Source of the DNA: an uncultured Actinomycetes bacterium
GTDB taxonomy: Bacteria; Actinomycetota; UBA4738; JBBDTT01
Length of the DNA: 64,000 nt
Reading direction: 5' to 3'
Assembly: GCA_963742735.1 (NCBI GenBank)
Contig: CAVUMN010000004.1
Span: 416,001 to 480,000, forward strand
Numbering within the stretch: position 1 is the first letter of the stretch; every line of letters starts with the position of its first letter. The notes under the pieces are model-generated. The model had not been told where the DNA came from, did no database searches, and was given only the letters and a program-made list of their open reading frames with translations. Below, in pieces: positions 62,524 through 64,000 of this stretch. A program made the translations under genes and the position numbers.

Positions 62524-63197
62524 GGGCGGTCCCTGAGCATCCGGTACGCGAACTGCGCGGCGCCGAAGCCGTTGTCGATGTTCACCACGGCCACGCCGCC
62601 CGCGCAGGCGTTGAGCATCCCGAGGAGCGCGGCCAGGCCCTCGAACGCGGCGCCGTAGCCGACGCTGGTGGGGACGGCGATCACCGGCCGGGACGTGAGG
62701 CCCGCGATGAGCGAGGGGAGCGCTCCCTCCATCCCCGCCACGACGATCACCGCGTCGGCGGCCTCGATCGCGTCGCGCTCGGCCAGCACCCGGTGCACGC
62801 CGGCGATGCCCACGTCGGCCAGCCGCTCGACCTTCAGACCCAGGGACTCGGCCACGACCGCGGCCTCGTCGGCCACGGGGAGGTCGGAGGTGCCCGCGGT
62901 GACCACGAGGAGGGTGCCCGCGGGGCTGGCCTCGCGGCGGCCGACGACCACCAGGCGGGCCCGCTCGTGGAACTCGGCGTCGGGGGCGGCCTCCACTGCG
63001 GCCGCGTGCTGCTCGGTGGTCGCGTGGGTCACGAAGACGGGGCCGTCGGACGCCGCCGCGAGCGCCGCCACGAGGGCGCGAACCTGCTCGGGGGTCTTGC
63101 CGGGCCCGTAGATCGCCTCGGCCTGGCCGGTGCGGCGTTCGCGAAGAAGGTCCGGGCGGGCGTCGTCCTGGAGATTTCGGAGCGTTCGCTCGTCCAC
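62520..63197 (-). CDS. larB: Nickel pincer cofactor biosynthesis protein LarB
   Basis: EAIYGPGKT, AGTSDLPVA, AGMEGAL, PTSVGYG, VVNIDNGFGAA. Confidence 0.93.
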   Translation of the reverse strand: MDERTLRNLQDDARPDLLRERRTGQAEAIYGPGKTPEQVRALVAALAAASDGPVFVTHATTEQHAAAVEAAPDAEFHERARLVVVGRREASPAGTLLVVTAGTSDLPVADEAAVVAESLGLKVERLADVGIAGVHRVLAERDAIEAADAVIVVAGMEGALPSLIAGLTSRPVIAVPTSVGYGAAFEGLAALLGMLNACAGGVAVVNIDNGFGAAQFAYRMLRDRP

Positions 63198-63268
63198 GAG
63201 AGGCGCGATCGTATACTGGCCCTTCGGAAAAGGCCAGGTCAGAGGCCGTGCCGCTCGAAGGACGCCCA

Positions 63269-63754
63269 ATGACACTCTCCGCAGAGACGCTCACGATGCT
63301 GGTGCTCGCCAGCCTTGCCCTGAACGTGCTGCTGCTGTTCGCGGTCGCGGCTACGCGCGGGAAGGGGCGGGGGGCCGGCTCCGGCCGGGAGACCGACTTC
63401 CTGTCGGCCACGCTCGACGGCCAGAACCGCACGCTCGACCGTCTCGAGTCCGGGATCCGTCAGGTCGCCGCCGAGGTGACCCGGCTCGAGGGCCAGATGC
63501 AGAACGCGGTCCAGCACGTCGCGGTTGTTCGGTTCGACGCGTTCGACGACATGGGCGGGCGGCTGTCGTTCTCCGCGGCGATCCTGGACGCACACGGCGA
63601 CGGCATGGTCATCACCTCCATCAACGGGCGGCAGGACACGCGGTGCTACGCGAAGCCGGTCCGGGAGGGCGCAAGCCCCCACAACCTCTCCGAGGAGGAG
63701 CAGGTCGCGATCCGCGAGGCGCTCGCGGGGGCCCGCCAGACCGTGGAGGCCTGA
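63269..63754 (+). CDS. DUF4446 family protein
   Basis: TM segment plus coiled coil, VRFDAFDDMGGRLSFS, TSINGR..TRCYAKP, LSEEE. Confidence 0.88.
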   Translation: MTLSAETLTMLVLASLALNVLLLFAVAATRGKGRGAGSGRETDFLSATLDGQNRTLDRLESGIRQVAAEVTRLEGQMQNAVQHVAVVRFDAFDDMGGRLSFSAAILDAHGDGMVITSINGRQDTRCYAKPVREGASPHNLSEEEQVAIREALAGARQTVEA

Positions 63755-64000
63755 TGATCTGGAAGCGCGAGGATGAAGCGCACGAGGAGCCGTCACTTGA
63801 TCCAGCGAGGGAGGTCCGGATGACAGACCAGGCAAGCACGGAGGTCACGATCGTCGGTCAGGGCGCGAAGCTCGAGGGGACCGTGGTCTCCGCGGGGTCG
63901 CTGCGGATCGACGGCCAGGTGAAGGGCCAGATCAACGCCGACGGCGACGTCATCCTTTCCCCCCAGAGCCAGGTCGAGGCCGACATCCGCGCGGTCAACG
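63754..64000 (+). CDS. Bactofilin (polymer-forming cytoskeletal protein), partial
   Basis: Manual translation MIWKRE...TIVGQGAKLEGTVVSAGSLRIDGQVKGQINADGDVILSPQSQVEADIRAVN. TGATG coupling, with an alternative start at 63820. Confidence 0.88.
   Translation, partial: MIWKREDEAHEEPSLDPAREVRMTDQASTEVTIVGQGAKLEGTVVSAGSLRIDGQVKGQINADGDVILSPQSQVEADIRAVN

Overview
High-GC bacterial chromosome segment spanning the replication origin of an actinobacterium. The lineage is inferred from gene order and may be deep-branching or uncultured. Conserved backbone: yidD-rnpA-rpmH | dnaA-oriC-dnaN-recF-dciA-gyrB-gyrA-DUF3566, tRNA-Ile, tRNA-Ala, crgA/sortase/pabA, the fhaA-fhaB-pstP-rodA-pbpA-pknA-pknB cluster and tRNA-Leu. 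Accessory material interrupts this backbone: (i) an unknown two-gene cassette (small Cys-containing protein plus membrane-anchored protein) placed without gaps between gyrB and gyrA; (ii) a probable sulfated surface-glycan locus with three Sulfotransfer_2-type genes, a sulfotransferase-GT2 fusion, glycosyltransferases and Wzm/Wzt; (iii) a ~220-nt highly structured, apparently self-contained RNA element at 19.2-19.45 kb, with a pseudoknotted anti-Shine-Dalgarno mimic over a 13-codon ORF; (iv) two Ntn acylases with fatty-acid catabolic genes; (v) thyX and two long coiled-coil genes downstream of pknB; (vi) a secreted sulfatase, a vapBC pair, a MoxR-DUF58-DUF4129 operon, larBC and a bactofilin-like gene. 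Three single-base frameshifts are most likely assembly indels. No CRISPR array, integrase, transposase or rRNA was seen. All family assignments come from motif recognition by eye, not database searches.
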